Part shown: positions 39,848 to 50,315 of the stretch, one piece after another | Numbering within the stretch: the stretch's first letter is position 1 | Layout of the letters: each line of letters begins with the position of its first letter | Assembly: GCF_002087085.1 (NCBI RefSeq) | Contig: NZ_MWQY01000015.1 | Span: forward strand, 1-64,000 | Direction of reading: 5' to 3' | Length of the DNA: 64,000 bases | Position numbers and translations under genes: made by a program | The notes under the pieces: generated by a model | What the model saw: the letters and a program-made list of their open reading frames with translations, nothing else | Told to the model about the DNA's origin: nothing | Database searches by the model: none

Positions 39848-40615
39848 TTAAGGGTTGGTGATATTCTCGCCGTTAAACCAGCTTTCGCTTATTCCGGCCA
39901 GTGTTCCGTCCGCCCTCATTTCTTTCAGGATTCCATTGACCGTATCCCGGAGGGGGTCATCCTTTTGAAAGGCTATGGCGCATTCTTCCTTCCGCAGGAG
40001 CTCTCCCGCCAGGGTGAGGCTGTCCCCGCCCTGTATCTTGCTCATGGCATTCAGACCGACCACCCTGTCGGTAATTACCGCATCGAGGCGTCCGTTTATC
40101 AGCTCCATGAGGGTCTGGTTGTCATCCTCGTAGTATTTTATGCTTACACCGAGTTTTTCCGCATCCTGGGCGAAGGTGGTTCCGGTTACAAGACCTACGT
40201 TATGACTTTTTGTCAGATCCGCCGGGGAGCTTATCCCGGAGTCTTTACTTACGATCAGCTGGGCCCCGGAGTAGTAGTAGGGTTCAGAAAAGTCCACCAC
40301 CTGCTGTCGTTCCGGGGTAATGGCCATACTGCCGAGGATTCCGTTGTAGCGTCCGGCCCTCAGTCCCTCGATTATGCCGTCCCAGGCGGTGGTTACATAA
40401 TCGAGTTCGTATCCGAGACGCTCGGCAATCTCTCTGGCTACATCAACATCAAAACCGATGACTTCGTTATTCTCATTAATAAAGTTGAAGGGCGGATAGC
40501 CTCCTGATCCTGCAAACTGAATGACAGTCTCCTCGTCCTGGCTTCCACCGGAAAAAACAGGCATGGCAAGAACCAGCATCAGCAGAATCAGGATTCCGTA
40601 CACAGATCTTTTCAT
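39848..40615 (-). CDS. Polar amino acid ABC transporter substrate-binding protein
   Basis: Signal peptide, YPPFNF, GFDVD, MAITPER, FSEPYY.SG. Confidence 0.94.
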   Translation of the reverse strand: MKRSVYGILILLMLVLAMPVFSGGSQDEETVIQFAGSGGYPPFNFINENNEVIGFDVDVAREIAERLGYELDYVTTAWDGIIEGLRAGRYNGILGSMAITPERQQVVDFSEPYYYSGAQLIVSKDSGISSPADLTKSHNVGLVTGTTFAQDAEKLGVSIKYYEDDNQTLMELINGRLDAVITDRVVGLNAMSKIQGGDSLTLAGELLRKEECAIAFQKDDPLRDTVNGILKEMRADGTLAGISESWFNGENITNP

Positions 40616-40662
40616 GAATTTATCTCCTTTGCTTACCCCTGGGCAAGCTAAATATTTAGTAT

Positions 40663-40691
40663 ACGATATAATTTCTGAGTTGTATAGTCAA
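40663..40691 (-). promoter_or_regulatory. sigma70 promoter of the amino-acid ABC operon
   Basis: TTGACT-17-TATCGT. Confidence 0.55.
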
Positions 40692-40891
40692 GGGTTGAGG
40701 TATTCCCTGAAAACAGACCCGGCAGGACGATGCCAATTCCTCTATTAGCTCTTCTTTATCTACTTGCTGTTAGAGGAATTATTTCTTTACTATTTTATTA
40801 ATCTCAAATACATGTCTTTTCGATTCTTATCCGGGGAGTATAAGAAAAGTATTGTGCAGACAGATGGTTAGTGTTCTAATATACGCGGGGT

Positions 40892-40919
40892 AAAAAAGTC
40901 CGCCCAACGAGGGGCGGAC
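40892..40919 (-). terminator. Intrinsic terminator after putP
   Basis: gtccgccc-N6-gggcggac with A6 on the left. Confidence 0.75.
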
Positions 40920-40948
40920 CGACAGAAGGAAAAGAAAGAAGACCTCTT

Positions 40949-42412
40949 TTAAACTCTGACCTCGTCGCGGAAGGCGTCAAAAAGATCGGAAAAATCCTTC
41001 TCGTCAACTTTTACAAAATGGTTGACAATGAGGATTGCGGCAAAGTTGGCGATAAATCCCGGTACGATTTCGTACATTACCGCCCCGAGCCCCAGGCGCT
41101 CCCACACTACCAGTACCAGGGTTCCGGTGATCATTCCGGAAAGAGCCGCCTGCCACCCGGTTCGCCGGGAAAACAGGGCCATCAGGATGACGGGTCCGAA
41201 GGCGGCACCGAATCCGCCCCATGCGTAGGAGACCAGACCCAGGATCGAGTTATTGGGATTCAGGGCCAGCAGCATGGCCACAATGGAAATGAGAATGACG
41301 CTGATCCGGCCGATCGCAATCAGTTCGGTCTCCGTGGCCTCCTTGCGGATGATCTTCTGATAAAAATCTTCGGTAAGCGCGGAGGATGAAACCAGCAGCT
41401 GGGAGTCGATTGTAGACATTATGGCGGAAAGAATTGCCGCCATCAGGATCCCTCCCAGCCAGGGGGTAAAAAGCTCACGGATCATCAGGATAAAGACCTT
41501 TTCATGGTCCCCTCCGGCCAGTTCCCCGAACATGGGAATACCGACAATACCCACCAGAACCGCAAAAAAGAGTGAGAAGGCCACCCATACAACGGCAATC
41601 ACCGTGGACGCCGGGAGTTCCCTGATGGATCGGATACTCATAAAGCGGGCCAGAATGTGGGGCTGCCCGAAATAGCCCAGACCCCAGGCCATGGTGGAGA
41701 TAATTGCCACCAGCGGAAGCGCCGTATCCGGAATCAGGCTCCCCGAGATCCCCTTGAGGGACATTGCTTCCAATATGGGAGTACTTCCCCCGACGGAAAA
41801 GAAGGCTATCAGGGGAACAATTATAACCGCGACAAACATCAGGGAGCCCTGAAAAAGATCGGTCCAGCAGACGGCGAGAAAGCCTCCCAGGAAGGTGTAG
41901 AGTACGATAACCGCACCGCCGATAAGGACGGCCACCCGGTAATCGATACTGAACATGGATTCAAAGAGTTTTCCCGCACCTACCAGTCCGGAACTGGCGT
42001 AGATGGTAAAGAAAATAAGAGTGATAATTGCGGATATGATTCTTAAGAGCCCTGTGGGGTCCTTGAACCTTTCTTCCAGAAAAGAAGATATGGTCAGGGC
42101 ATTGGTTTTCTCGGTGAAAACCCGCAGTCTGGGAGCTACAAGGATCCAGTTGACGACGGTTCCTATAAAAAGACCGATGGCGATCCAGCTCTGGTTGATA
42201 CCGTAAAGATATACCGCTCCGGGCAGACCCATCAGGAGCCATCCGGACATATCGCTGGCCTGGGCTGAGAGCGCTGTGACCCAGCGGCCCATTTTTCTGC
42301 CTCCCAGCAGGTAGTCTTCGATGTTGGATGTTTTTTTATAAAAGTAGTATCCAACCATCAGCAGAAGGACAAAATAGACGAGAAACGTGGTAAGTTCTGC
42401 AACATTGATCAT
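40949..42412 (-). CDS. putP: Sodium/proline symporter
   Basis: ALSAQASDMSGWLLMGLPG, GGFLAV.WTD, WGLGYFGQPHILARFM, YAWGGFGAAFGP. Start at ATG 42412. Confidence 0.95.
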   Translation of the reverse strand: MINVAELTTFLVYFVLLLMVGYYFYKKTSNIEDYLLGGRKMGRWVTALSAQASDMSGWLLMGLPGAVYLYGINQSWIAIGLFIGTVVNWILVAPRLRVFTEKTNALTISSFLEERFKDPTGLLRIISAIITLIFFTIYASSGLVGAGKLFESMFSIDYRVAVLIGGAVIVLYTFLGGFLAVCWTDLFQGSLMFVAVIIVPLIAFFSVGGSTPILEAMSLKGISGSLIPDTALPLVAIISTMAWGLGYFGQPHILARFMSIRSIRELPASTVIAVVWVAFSLFFAVLVGIVGIPMFGELAGGDHEKVFILMIRELFTPWLGGILMAAILSAIMSTIDSQLLVSSSALTEDFYQKIIRKEATETELIAIGRISVILISIVAMLLALNPNNSILGLVSYAWGGFGAAFGPVILMALFSRRTGWQAALSGMITGTLVLVVWERLGLGAVMYEIVPGFIANFAAILIVNHFVKVDEKDFSDLFDAFRDEVRV

Positions 42413-42574
42413 CAGTATTCCTTGTTTTTTGGAGTGCTCTATGCTACCTATTTTTTTTCGATATTGCAGCTGTGTCAATTACTTTTTCCCTATTGATCAG
42501 GCTTTTACAATATGAGATTATGCGCCAATACGCGTGGCGTAGGAATAATTTGCAAAAACTTTCAGGAACATGCC

Positions 42575-45500
42575 ATGGCCAGTCTTGGAATTAATATAGG
42601 CTCCACCAGTGTAAAGGCAACGATGCTGGAGGAGGGCCGGATTCTCTGGAGTGCGGTGGAACCCCACGAAGGGAATTTTATTGATACTCTTAAAAATATT
42701 CTGTCTACCCGGGGTGTGGAGGCAGGTACTCGAACCATCGCTACCGGGACCGAAGGCCGACATCTGGTAAATGTAAATTCGGTTATAGAACCTCTCTGTA
42801 TCGAGGCTGCCCTGGAGAGCCTCGCCCTGGAGGATCTGCGGGCTGTGGTTACCATGGGTGGTGAAAACCTGGTTGTCTATACCGTCGGGAATGACAACAG
42901 GATTATAACCAGCTTTACCGGTAATAAATGCTTCAGCGGTACCGGTGAATTCTTCCGGCAGCAGCTGGGCCGCATGAATATGCATATTGAAGACATCAAC
43001 ACCATTCCCCAGGAGAGCAGGGTGTGCAAGCTCTCCAGCAGGTGCTCGGTTTTTATGAAATCCGACTGTACCCACCGCCTGAACAAAGGAGAAGCCTCCA
43101 AAGGGGATATCGTACTTTCCCTCTCTGATGTCATGGCCGGCAAGGTAATGGATTTTCTGAAACGGGCGCGGGTCAACTCCGGCAAGGTGCTTTTAACCGG
43201 CGGGATAACCCTCAACCGCCATATAGTGGCTTTCATTCGGGAAAAGCTGCCCCAGGTCGAGTTTATTGTACCCGCGGAAGCCGGGTACTTCGAGGCCTAT
43301 GGTGCAGCCCTCGTTGCGCGGACCTCGGGATCCATGCTGCCGGAGGCCGCCAACCTTGTCAAGGAAGCCCGCGTGGCTTTCCGGAGATTTAAAAGTCTCA
43401 AACAGGCGGAGGAAAAGGTCACATTTATTCCCAGTAAGAAAGGTACAGTGCGGCCCGGCAGGGAGTACATTCTCGGTGTCGACGGGGGGTCCACCACCAC
43501 CAAAGCCTGCCTCATAGATGCGGAGACCTACGAGATCGCCGCCAGTTATTACGGACGTACCCATGGGGACCCGGTCAAGGCCCTGAAGAACTGCATCGTT
43601 GAACTGAAAAAGCAGATCCATGGGGCCCTGGGGGATGAAAAGCTGAATATAAGCCTTGCCGCCGCCACCGGCTCGTCCAGGGAGATTCTGGGGGTATTCC
43701 TGGAGACCCCGGGGGTGTATAACGAGATTATCGCCCATGCCGTGGGTACCACCTATTACGACGAAGATATCGACACGATTTTTGAAATCGGCGGACAGGA
43801 TGCCAAATATGTGTACCTGCAGAACAAGGTGCCCATCGATTACGCCATGAACGAGGCCTGTTCCGCCGGTACAGGGAGCTTTCTGGAGGAATCCGCCGCG
43901 GGGGACCTGAATATCAAGCGGGTGGAGGATATCGCAGAAATCGCTGTATCCGCCGGTCAGCCCCTGAAGTTCGGGGAACATTGTTCAGCCTTCATCAACT
44001 CGGATATCCGTAACGCCATCCAGCAGGGCGCTTCCCGGGAAGACATTACCGCCGGACTGATTACCTCCATCGTCTCAAACTACCTGAACAGGGTGGTTGG
44101 AAACCGCAGCATCGGAAAAAGGATCGTACTGCAGGGCGGGGTAGCCAAAAACCGGGCAGTGCCAATGGCCTTCGCAATGCTCCTGAACAAGGAGATCCTT
44201 GTGCCGCCGGACCCGGAACTCATGGGCTGTTTCGGTGTCGCCCTTCTGGCCCGGCAGAAGTACAGGGACGGACTCCTGGAGAAGGGTTCCTTTGATCTGG
44301 ATACAGTTTTGAACACCGACATCGTCTACGAACGGGAGTTCAAGTGCAAAGCCTGCGACAATTACTGTCCCATCAAGGTCCTCTCCGTAAACGGACACAA
44401 GTACATGTTCGGCGGCCGCTGCAACATGTACGCCAATATGCGGAAAAAGAAGCAGGTCGATGAAGAGCAGGTGCGGGACTGGGTGGAGGAGCGGAACAAG
44501 CTCCTCTTTGAAACCTGCGTTCCCGATCCGGAAAGCCTGGAAAAACGCCGGGATTATGTCGTGGGAATTCCCAAAGCCTTCTCGGTGTACAGTCTTAATC
44601 CTCTCTACCGCTGGTTCTTTCATGAACTGGGAATCGAGACCCTACTCAGCGAGGATGTCTCCGCTGAAGGAGCTGCCCGGGTGGAGAGCGCCTACTGCTT
44701 TCCTGCGGAGATTGCCCACGGTGCGGTCCAGGATATGTTGAATAAGGGGGCGGATTATATATTCCTTCCCCATTTCCGGGACCTGGAGAGTCAGGAAGAG
44801 GACATGCCCGGAAACTTCTGCCCCATAACCCAGGCGCTTCCTTATTATATTCAGAAGGCCTTCCCGGAGATTTCGGAGGATCGTATCCTGCGGCCGGTGG
44901 TCAGCCTGATGTACGGCCTGAAAAAAGCCGCTGATTTCTTTGTTCAGCTTGCGGTGGATCTCGGTTTTACCCCCGCAGAGGGGCAGGCTGCCTTTGACAC
45001 AGCCCTGGAGCATCAGAACGAATACTTCGCCCGCACCGAAGCCCTGGGCGCCGAGGCTCTTGAATGGGCCCGGGGTCGAAAAGAGCCGGTAATAGCCATC
45101 CTGGGCCGGCCCTACAACGCCTTTACCCAGGACGCCAATATGGGTATCCCCCGGAAGTTCACCTCCCGGGGCTATACGGTCATACCCTTCGATATTCTGG
45201 CGGCGAAAGACCGGGAGATTTTTCCCAACATGTACTGGTACTACGGCCAGCTGGACATGAAGGCTGCGGAGCTCCTGAAGGATGAACCGAATATCTATGT
45301 TACATGGATAAGCAACTTCAGCTGCGCTCCGGACAGTTTCATGCTCCACTACCTGAAGTGGATCATGGGAATAAAGCCCTTCCTCATCCTTGAACTGGAC
45401 AGCCATTCCGCCGATGCCGGGGTAGACACCAGAGTGGAGGCTTTTCTCGATATAATCGAGGGCTATCGCTCCAAGATAAAGGACATCCGGGAACAGCGTT

Positions 45501-46945
45501 ACGATAACGGTCTGCGCTTCATCAATGAAGCGGGCAGGAAGATCCATGTCCTTAACCGGGAAAGCGGAGAGCGCATACCCATCCAGGGCAACCCACGGGT
45601 CAAGGTGCTCCTTTCCAACATGGGTCGTATCGGTACCGAGCTCACCGCTGCAGCCATGCGGGGGGCGGGATGGTCAGCGGAAGCCCTGCCTGTGGCAGAC
45701 CAGCTGACCCTGCAGATGGCCCGAAACTACGCCTCCGGCAAGGAGTGCGTGCCCAGCCATCTGGTTCTGGGGAGCGCGCTTAAGTTCTTTGCCTCGGAAA
45801 ACTATCGCAAGGACGAAATCTACCTCCTGTTTGTTCCCACAACGAAGGGGCCCTGTCGTACCGGTCAGTATTTCGTGTTTTTTCAGAACCTTTTCCGGGA
45901 CCTGAGACTGGAGAATGTCCTCGTGTTTACCCTGGACGCGGATAACTCCTACAATGAGCTGGGACCGGGCATGACCAAACAGATCTGGTGGGCCTTCGTC
46001 GCTTCTGATTACATGAAGGACGTGGAGACGGCCCTGCGAACCTGCGCGGAAAACCCCAGGGAGGCCCTGGAAACCTTCGATACCATCTGGACCCGGCTCA
46101 TCGAGGTAACTGAACAGGAAGGGGCGAATAAAATCATCCCCACCCTGGAGGGTATCGCCGCTGAGATATCCGCTATCCCGCTGAAAAGAGACCTTAAAGA
46201 GCTTCCCAAGGTGCTGGTAGTCGGGGAAATCTACGTTCGACGGGACGACTTCGCCGTTGACGAACTGGTGGGGGACTTCGCCCGTCATGGAATCATGGCA
46301 AAGGTGGCCGGCATAACCGAATGGATCTGGTACCTGGACTTTGTAAAGGAGTATGACCTCAAAAAACGGCTGAAGCTGCTCTCCTGGTACAGGCGCCCCT
46401 TCAGCAGGGTCCTTCGGCAGTTCATCATGTTTCACCTGGAGCGCCGGTATAAACTGTGGGTGGAGGGCCGTATCCTGAAAACCCTGAACAAAACCGGCCT
46501 GGTCCCCCATACCCCCCACGATATGTATGCGATAATGAAGAACGCGTCGAAACATTTTGTGAACCATGAGCTCAAATCGGAGATTACTATCTCCACCGCC
46601 GCGGCTGCCACCGCCATGGAGGACGATTACTCGGGTATTGTGAACATATCTCCCTTCGCCTGCCTCATCGGCCGGGTCATCGAAGGCCTCTATACCCCAT
46701 GGGCCAGGGAGAGGAACTACCCCGTCATGTCCGTGGAGATCGACGGCAATCTGCTGCCCCCCTCTACCCTGAGCAAACTGGAGATCTTCATGCTCAACGT
46801 GCTGCGCTTTCGCAACCGGGAGGCCGGGGAATCGATGATCGAGCATGAAGGCGTGGAAGAACTGAAGCTCTCCCGGATTATCGTCAAAGACCTGAAGCCC
46901 GCGGGCGAGAGGGAAGCGGAACTTATTCAGAGTAATCGAGGGTGA
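42575..46945 (+). CDS. Fused CoA-substrate-specific enzyme activase (two BadF/BadG/BcrA/BcrD ASKHA domains plus 2-hydroxyacyl-CoA dehydratase-like domains)
   Basis: GxxxGST twice, C..GTG.F twice, CKAC.N.C, CFP.EIAHG, GRPYN, FSC.PDS, GKEC.P, GPCR.GQY, VGEIY, PF.C. ATG 42575. Confidence 0.9.
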   Translation: MASLGINIGSTSVKATMLEEGRILWSAVEPHEGNFIDTLKNILSTRGVEAGTRTIATGTEGRHLVNVNSVIEPLCIEAALESLALEDLRAVVTMGGENLVVYTVGNDNRIITSFTGNKCFSGTGEFFRQQLGRMNMHIEDINTIPQESRVCKLSSRCSVFMKSDCTHRLNKGEASKGDIVLSLSDVMAGKVMDFLKRARVNSGKVLLTGGITLNRHIVAFIREKLPQVEFIVPAEAGYFEAYGAALVARTSGSMLPEAANLVKEARVAFRRFKSLKQAEEKVTFIPSKKGTVRPGREYILGVDGGSTTTKACLIDAETYEIAASYYGRTHGDPVKALKNCIVELKKQIHGALGDEKLNISLAAATGSSREILGVFLETPGVYNEIIAHAVGTTYYDEDIDTIFEIGGQDAKYVYLQNKVPIDYAMNEACSAGTGSFLEESAAGDLNIKRVEDIAEIAVSAGQPLKFGEHCSAFINSDIRNAIQQGASREDITAGLITSIVSNYLNRVVGNRSIGKRIVLQGGVAKNRAVPMAFAMLLNKEILVPPDPELMGCFGVALLARQKYRDGLLEKGSFDLDTVLNTDIVYEREFKCKACDNYCPIKVLSVNGHKYMFGGRCNMYANMRKKKQVDEEQVRDWVEERNKLLFETCVPDPESLEKRRDYVVGIPKAFSVYSLNPLYRWFFHELGIETLLSEDVSAEGAARVESAYCFPAEIAHGAVQDMLNKGADYIFLPHFRDLESQEEDMPGNFCPITQALPYYIQKAFPEISEDRILRPVVSLMYGLKKAADFFVQLAVDLGFTPAEGQAAFDTALEHQNEYFARTEALGAEALEWARGRKEPVIAILGRPYNAFTQDANMGIPRKFTSRGYTVIPFDILAAKDREIFPNMYWYYGQLDMKAAELLKDEPNIYVTWISNFSCAPDSFMLHYLKWIMGIKPFLILELDSHSADAGVDTRVEAFLDIIEGYRSKIKDIREQRYDNGLRFINEAGRKIHVLNRESGERIPIQGNPRVKVLLSNMGRIGTELTAAAMRGAGWSAEALPVADQLTLQMARNYASGKECVPSHLVLGSALKFFASENYRKDEIYLLFVPTTKGPCRTGQYFVFFQNLFRDLRLENVLVFTLDADNSYNELGPGMTKQIWWAFVASDYMKDVETALRTCAENPREALETFDTIWTRLIEVTEQEGANKIIPTLEGIAAEISAIPLKRDLKELPKVLVVGEIYVRRDDFAVDELVGDFARHGIMAKVAGITEWIWYLDFVKEYDLKKRLKLLSWYRRPFSRVLRQFIMFHLERRYKLWVEGRILKTLNKTGLVPHTPHDMYAIMKNASKHFVNHELKSEITISTAAAATAMEDDYSGIVNISPFACLIGRVIEGLYTPWARERNYPVMSVEIDGNLLPPSTLSKLEIFMLNVLRFRNREAGESMIEHEGVEELKLSRIIVKDLKPAGEREAELIQSNRG

Positions 46946-47002
46946 TTTTTCCTTGTTTGAATATGTTTTTTTTCAGGGATTGTAACTACACTCTATAAGG
47001 GA

Positions 47003-48232
47003 ATGAATACACACGGAGCTTATATTTCAGAGGCAGAATCGCTGCGATTTGCAGACAAGGATGGGATTGAAAGTCTTATACAGCAGTGGTTCCGTTCTGA
47101 TTCTCTGGGGCTTACTTTTCCGGGAGTGCTGGAGGATCTGTTTGAAACGGATACCGGACGACGACGCGCGAATCGATTGTATTTGAGAGGAACCGCAGCG
47201 CTTCTCTTCTACCTGGTTTTTTTACTGGCCGATTACTATATGGTTCCGGATATTTTCCGGTCAGCCCTGGTTGTGCGTTTCGGAATCGTACTTCCCCTGT
47301 CCATTGTCGCGATTCTTTATCTGTCCCGTAATCCATCTCCCTTCAAAAGAGAAGTCGCCACGGTATTCATATTTTTAATTGCAGTATTGAGCTTGATTTA
47401 TCTGTTTTTTATAAGCAGACACCAGTATGCTTCTTCGTATCATCTGGGGCTGATTCTGATTCTGGTTTTCGCCAATCAGGTTACCCGATTGCGGTTTTAC
47501 TATGCCCTGGCTTTGTCCTTTCTCACTCTGGCGGCGTACTGTATTTTTTTACTCCTTCACCCGCTGATTCCCGGAGGCATCAAGATCCACAACACGCTGT
47601 TCCTGGGGGCGACGGCGGTAATGTCGCTGATCAGTAACTATTCTCTGGAAAAAGAAATTAGAATCAATTATCTTCTTGCACTGCAGGAAAAAATCAAGAT
47701 TCTGGATTTATCCGACCGAAACAAGCTGTTGCATGAGATATCGAGAATTGATCCGTTGACCGGAATCCCTAACCGGCGGCACCTTGAGATTTATCTGGAT
47801 ACTCTGCAACAGTCATCCAGTCTTAACAGACTGGCAATAATACTCATTGATCTGGACTTTTTTAAAAAGTATAACGATTATTACGGACATCAGCAGGGCG
47901 ACAACTGCCTGCAGAAAGTGGTGTCGGGAATTAAACAGGAGCTGCGTAATGGTGCTGATCTCTTTGCCCGATACGGCGGAGAAGAGTTCATCGTAGTGCT
48001 TCCGGACCTCGGGATTCATGAAGCCCGCAGTGTGGCTCTTCGTCTGTGTGAAAGAACGGAAAAACTTGCCATGCCCCATGAAGCAGCTCCTGCCCCCGGG
48101 TTGGTGACAATCAGCTGCGGAGTCGCTTCCGCTGAACGGCCGTTTTCCGCCGGGTTTAAGGATCTTGTTCGGCGTGCAGATCAGGCTATGTACCGGGCCA
48201 AGTCGGAAGGCCGGAACAGGGTCATGGAATAG
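47003..48232 (+). CDS. Membrane-bound diguanylate cyclase (GGDEF)
   Basis: About 6 TM segments, DPLTG..NRR, DLDFFK.YND.YGH..GD, RYGGEEF (no RxxD I-site), AD.AMY.AK..GRN. Confidence 0.94.
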   Translation: MNTHGAYISEAESLRFADKDGIESLIQQWFRSDSLGLTFPGVLEDLFETDTGRRRANRLYLRGTAALLFYLVFLLADYYMVPDIFRSALVVRFGIVLPLSIVAILYLSRNPSPFKREVATVFIFLIAVLSLIYLFFISRHQYASSYHLGLILILVFANQVTRLRFYYALALSFLTLAAYCIFLLLHPLIPGGIKIHNTLFLGATAVMSLISNYSLEKEIRINYLLALQEKIKILDLSDRNKLLHEISRIDPLTGIPNRRHLEIYLDTLQQSSSLNRLAIILIDLDFFKKYNDYYGHQQGDNCLQKVVSGIKQELRNGADLFARYGGEEFIVVLPDLGIHEARSVALRLCERTEKLAMPHEAAPAPGLVTISCGVASAERPFSAGFKDLVRRADQAMYRAKSEGRNRVME

Positions 48233-48289
48233 AACTGAAAATTCTGTTTGCTCTTGACTATCAATCAACGAGGGTCCAGAATTACTCCC

Positions 48290-49075
48290 ATGAACCATAA
48301 AGTTTTTTATTTTACCGGTACCGGAAACTCCCTCTGGGCAGCACGTCTGTTGAGTCGTGAACTCGGGAGCGCTGAGCCTGTTCCCATTATTTCCCCCGGG
48401 GCCTTTGATGGCATTAATGAGCTGGACAGTGTTGGTATTGTCTTCCCTGTCTATATGCACCGCATGCCCCATATCGTTGCAGAAACGCTGCGTCGTTTAC
48501 CAAAGGCCGGCTATCTCTACGCTGTTGCGGTAAATGGAGGAGATCCGGGCAAGGTCTTCCGCTTTTTTCGGAAACAGATCAGGCCGACAGGTAACATTCT
48601 GAACGCGGGCTTCAGCATTCTGACCCCAGGCAACTACCTCCCCATGGGAGAGGCGATTCAGGGTGAGGCCCTGGATGACCAGCTGCAGAGGGGAGCTGAA
48701 AAGGTGTCCCGTCTGGCCGGAATTGTAAAACGGGCGGAAGCGTATTTTGACGAAGAAGGCAGCTGGTTCAGACGCAACATATCTCCCGGACTCTTCTATT
48801 CCCTGGGATACAGATACATTGCAAAGCTCGACAGTTCCTTCAGTGTGGATGATTCCTGCACTTCCTGTGGAACCTGTCAGCAGGTATGTCCGGTGAATAA
48901 TGTGCGGCTGACGGATGGGAAACCCGTCTGGCACCAAAACTGCCAGTTGTGCATGGCCTGTCTTAACCTGTGTCCCGAGGGGGTTATACAGTTTGCAGAC
49001 AAGACCCGGGGGCTCAGGCGATACAGGAATCCTTTTGTTGTTGCAGCCGATATTGCCGCACAGAAAGGTGTATAA
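48290..49075 (+). CDS. EFR1-family flavodoxin-ferredoxin fusion
   Basis: YFTGTGNS N-terminus, FPVY, two CxxCxxCxxxCP motifs, RY.NP. ATG 48290. Confidence 0.9.
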   Translation: MNHKVFYFTGTGNSLWAARLLSRELGSAEPVPIISPGAFDGINELDSVGIVFPVYMHRMPHIVAETLRRLPKAGYLYAVAVNGGDPGKVFRFFRKQIRPTGNILNAGFSILTPGNYLPMGEAIQGEALDDQLQRGAEKVSRLAGIVKRAEAYFDEEGSWFRRNISPGLFYSLGYRYIAKLDSSFSVDDSCTSCGTCQQVCPVNNVRLTDGKPVWHQNCQLCMACLNLCPEGVIQFADKTRGLRRYRNPFVVAADIAAQKGV

Positions 49076-49080
49076 AAGAA

Positions 49081-49106
49081 CCGGGCAGATTGCTTGATCT
49101 GCCCGG
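49081..49106. terminator. Hairpin between convergent genes
   Basis: Perfect ccgggcagat-N6-atctgcccgg with weak U-tracts. Confidence 0.55.
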
Positions 49107-49125
49107 CTTGAAACGTGAGGTTTCT

Positions 49126-50313
49126 CTAATCGACCGGACCGAATTCCTTGATCTTCCTGACGAATTTGCGGATACGTGAAAAATCTGCATCCGGAGGAGC
49201 GGTATCGGCAATAGACACTATAAGATTTTTACCATCCCCCGCATCGATAAGAAAATCATCGAGGAATTTTTCAAATTCGTATTCGGAAACGGAACTCGGC
49301 AGGAAAATAATCGAAGGCACCCCGCCATAGATTGTTACCGTATCCTTAAATGTTTCACGGTATTCCTTAAAGGAAACACTTGTCATGGGTGCGGGACAGA
49401 TTGAATCGGCAATATCTATTCCACATTCCAAATAAAGGTCCAGGAGCCCGCTGTTTTCTCCATCCGTATGAGACAGCAGGTATTTCCCTTTTTCGTGGGC
49501 TTTGTCTGCGCAGGTCTTGAGGTCCGGAAGAATGTGCTCCCGGAAAAAAGGCGGGTTTTCTATGGTGGAGTCATAATTGGCTCCTACACGGAGTATTTCC
49601 GCCTCTGAGTTCAGGCCGAGATCCAGAGCATCGTAAAAAGATTTACTGATTTTGTCCGCCAGTTCCTGCATTTTTTCCGGATGGTCGAACATTTCGTAGC
49701 AGAACAGCTCAAAGGGCATGAGATATTTCGATAACAGATGGTAGGGAGATCCCTCGGAGCTTACCCAGAAAATCATGGGTCCCCGGTCTCCCGCCCGTTC
49801 CCTCCATGTTTCCCAGGCTTCCGGCCGGGGTTCAACTTTCATGTGTTCATAAATGTACCCCAGAGCCTCGTAGTCCTTCTCCGACTTGAATGCCTTTTCC
49901 TGTATATGGGTATTGGTTATCCCGGCCTTGCGCATTTCCATGGTATAGAGGGTTTGAGTCCTTATGGTTCCGTAAGGAGTAAAGTACTCGGAGATATACA
50001 GGTCTCCTTCCCTCCGGCACCTTTGGTCGCATTCAACGACTACCCGGTAGGGAATGTCGCTTGACTGATACCGGCCCAGAGCACGGTGAGCTTCGTCATC
50101 CTCGGAAGTCCGTTCAAGAAAGTTCGGGTTCGTGGTGTTGAATCCGACCTCCAGGTCTTCCATGATTTCCAGCAATGTTGCATTCCGGTATTCCCTTGGC
50201 AGAGTTCCCCGGTAATAGTTGGAGAGATACCAGAGGTCCATTCTCGGGGCGCAGGGCAGTTCGGGAGTCGGTTCTCCCTTGATTGCCGAAAGTATAATTT
50301 CACTGTAATTCAT
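49126..50313 (-). CDS. Uroporphyrinogen decarboxylase (UroD/MtaA-like) family protein
   Basis: TPYG..., MFDHPE, P.FFREHILP, SHTDG, IYGGVP, D.APPDA. Last gene of a TRAP operon. Confidence 0.78.
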   Translation of the reverse strand: MNYSEIILSAIKGEPTPELPCAPRMDLWYLSNYYRGTLPREYRNATLLEIMEDLEVGFNTTNPNFLERTSEDDEAHRALGRYQSSDIPYRVVVECDQRCRREGDLYISEYFTPYGTIRTQTLYTMEMRKAGITNTHIQEKAFKSEKDYEALGYIYEHMKVEPRPEAWETWRERAGDRGPMIFWVSSEGSPYHLLSKYLMPFELFCYEMFDHPEKMQELADKISKSFYDALDLGLNSEAEILRVGANYDSTIENPPFFREHILPDLKTCADKAHEKGKYLLSHTDGENSGLLDLYLECGIDIADSICPAPMTSVSFKEYRETFKDTVTIYGGVPSIIFLPSSVSEYEFEKFLDDFLIDAGDGKNLIVSIADTAPPDADFSRIRKFVRKIKEFGPVD

Positions 50314-50315
50314 AA

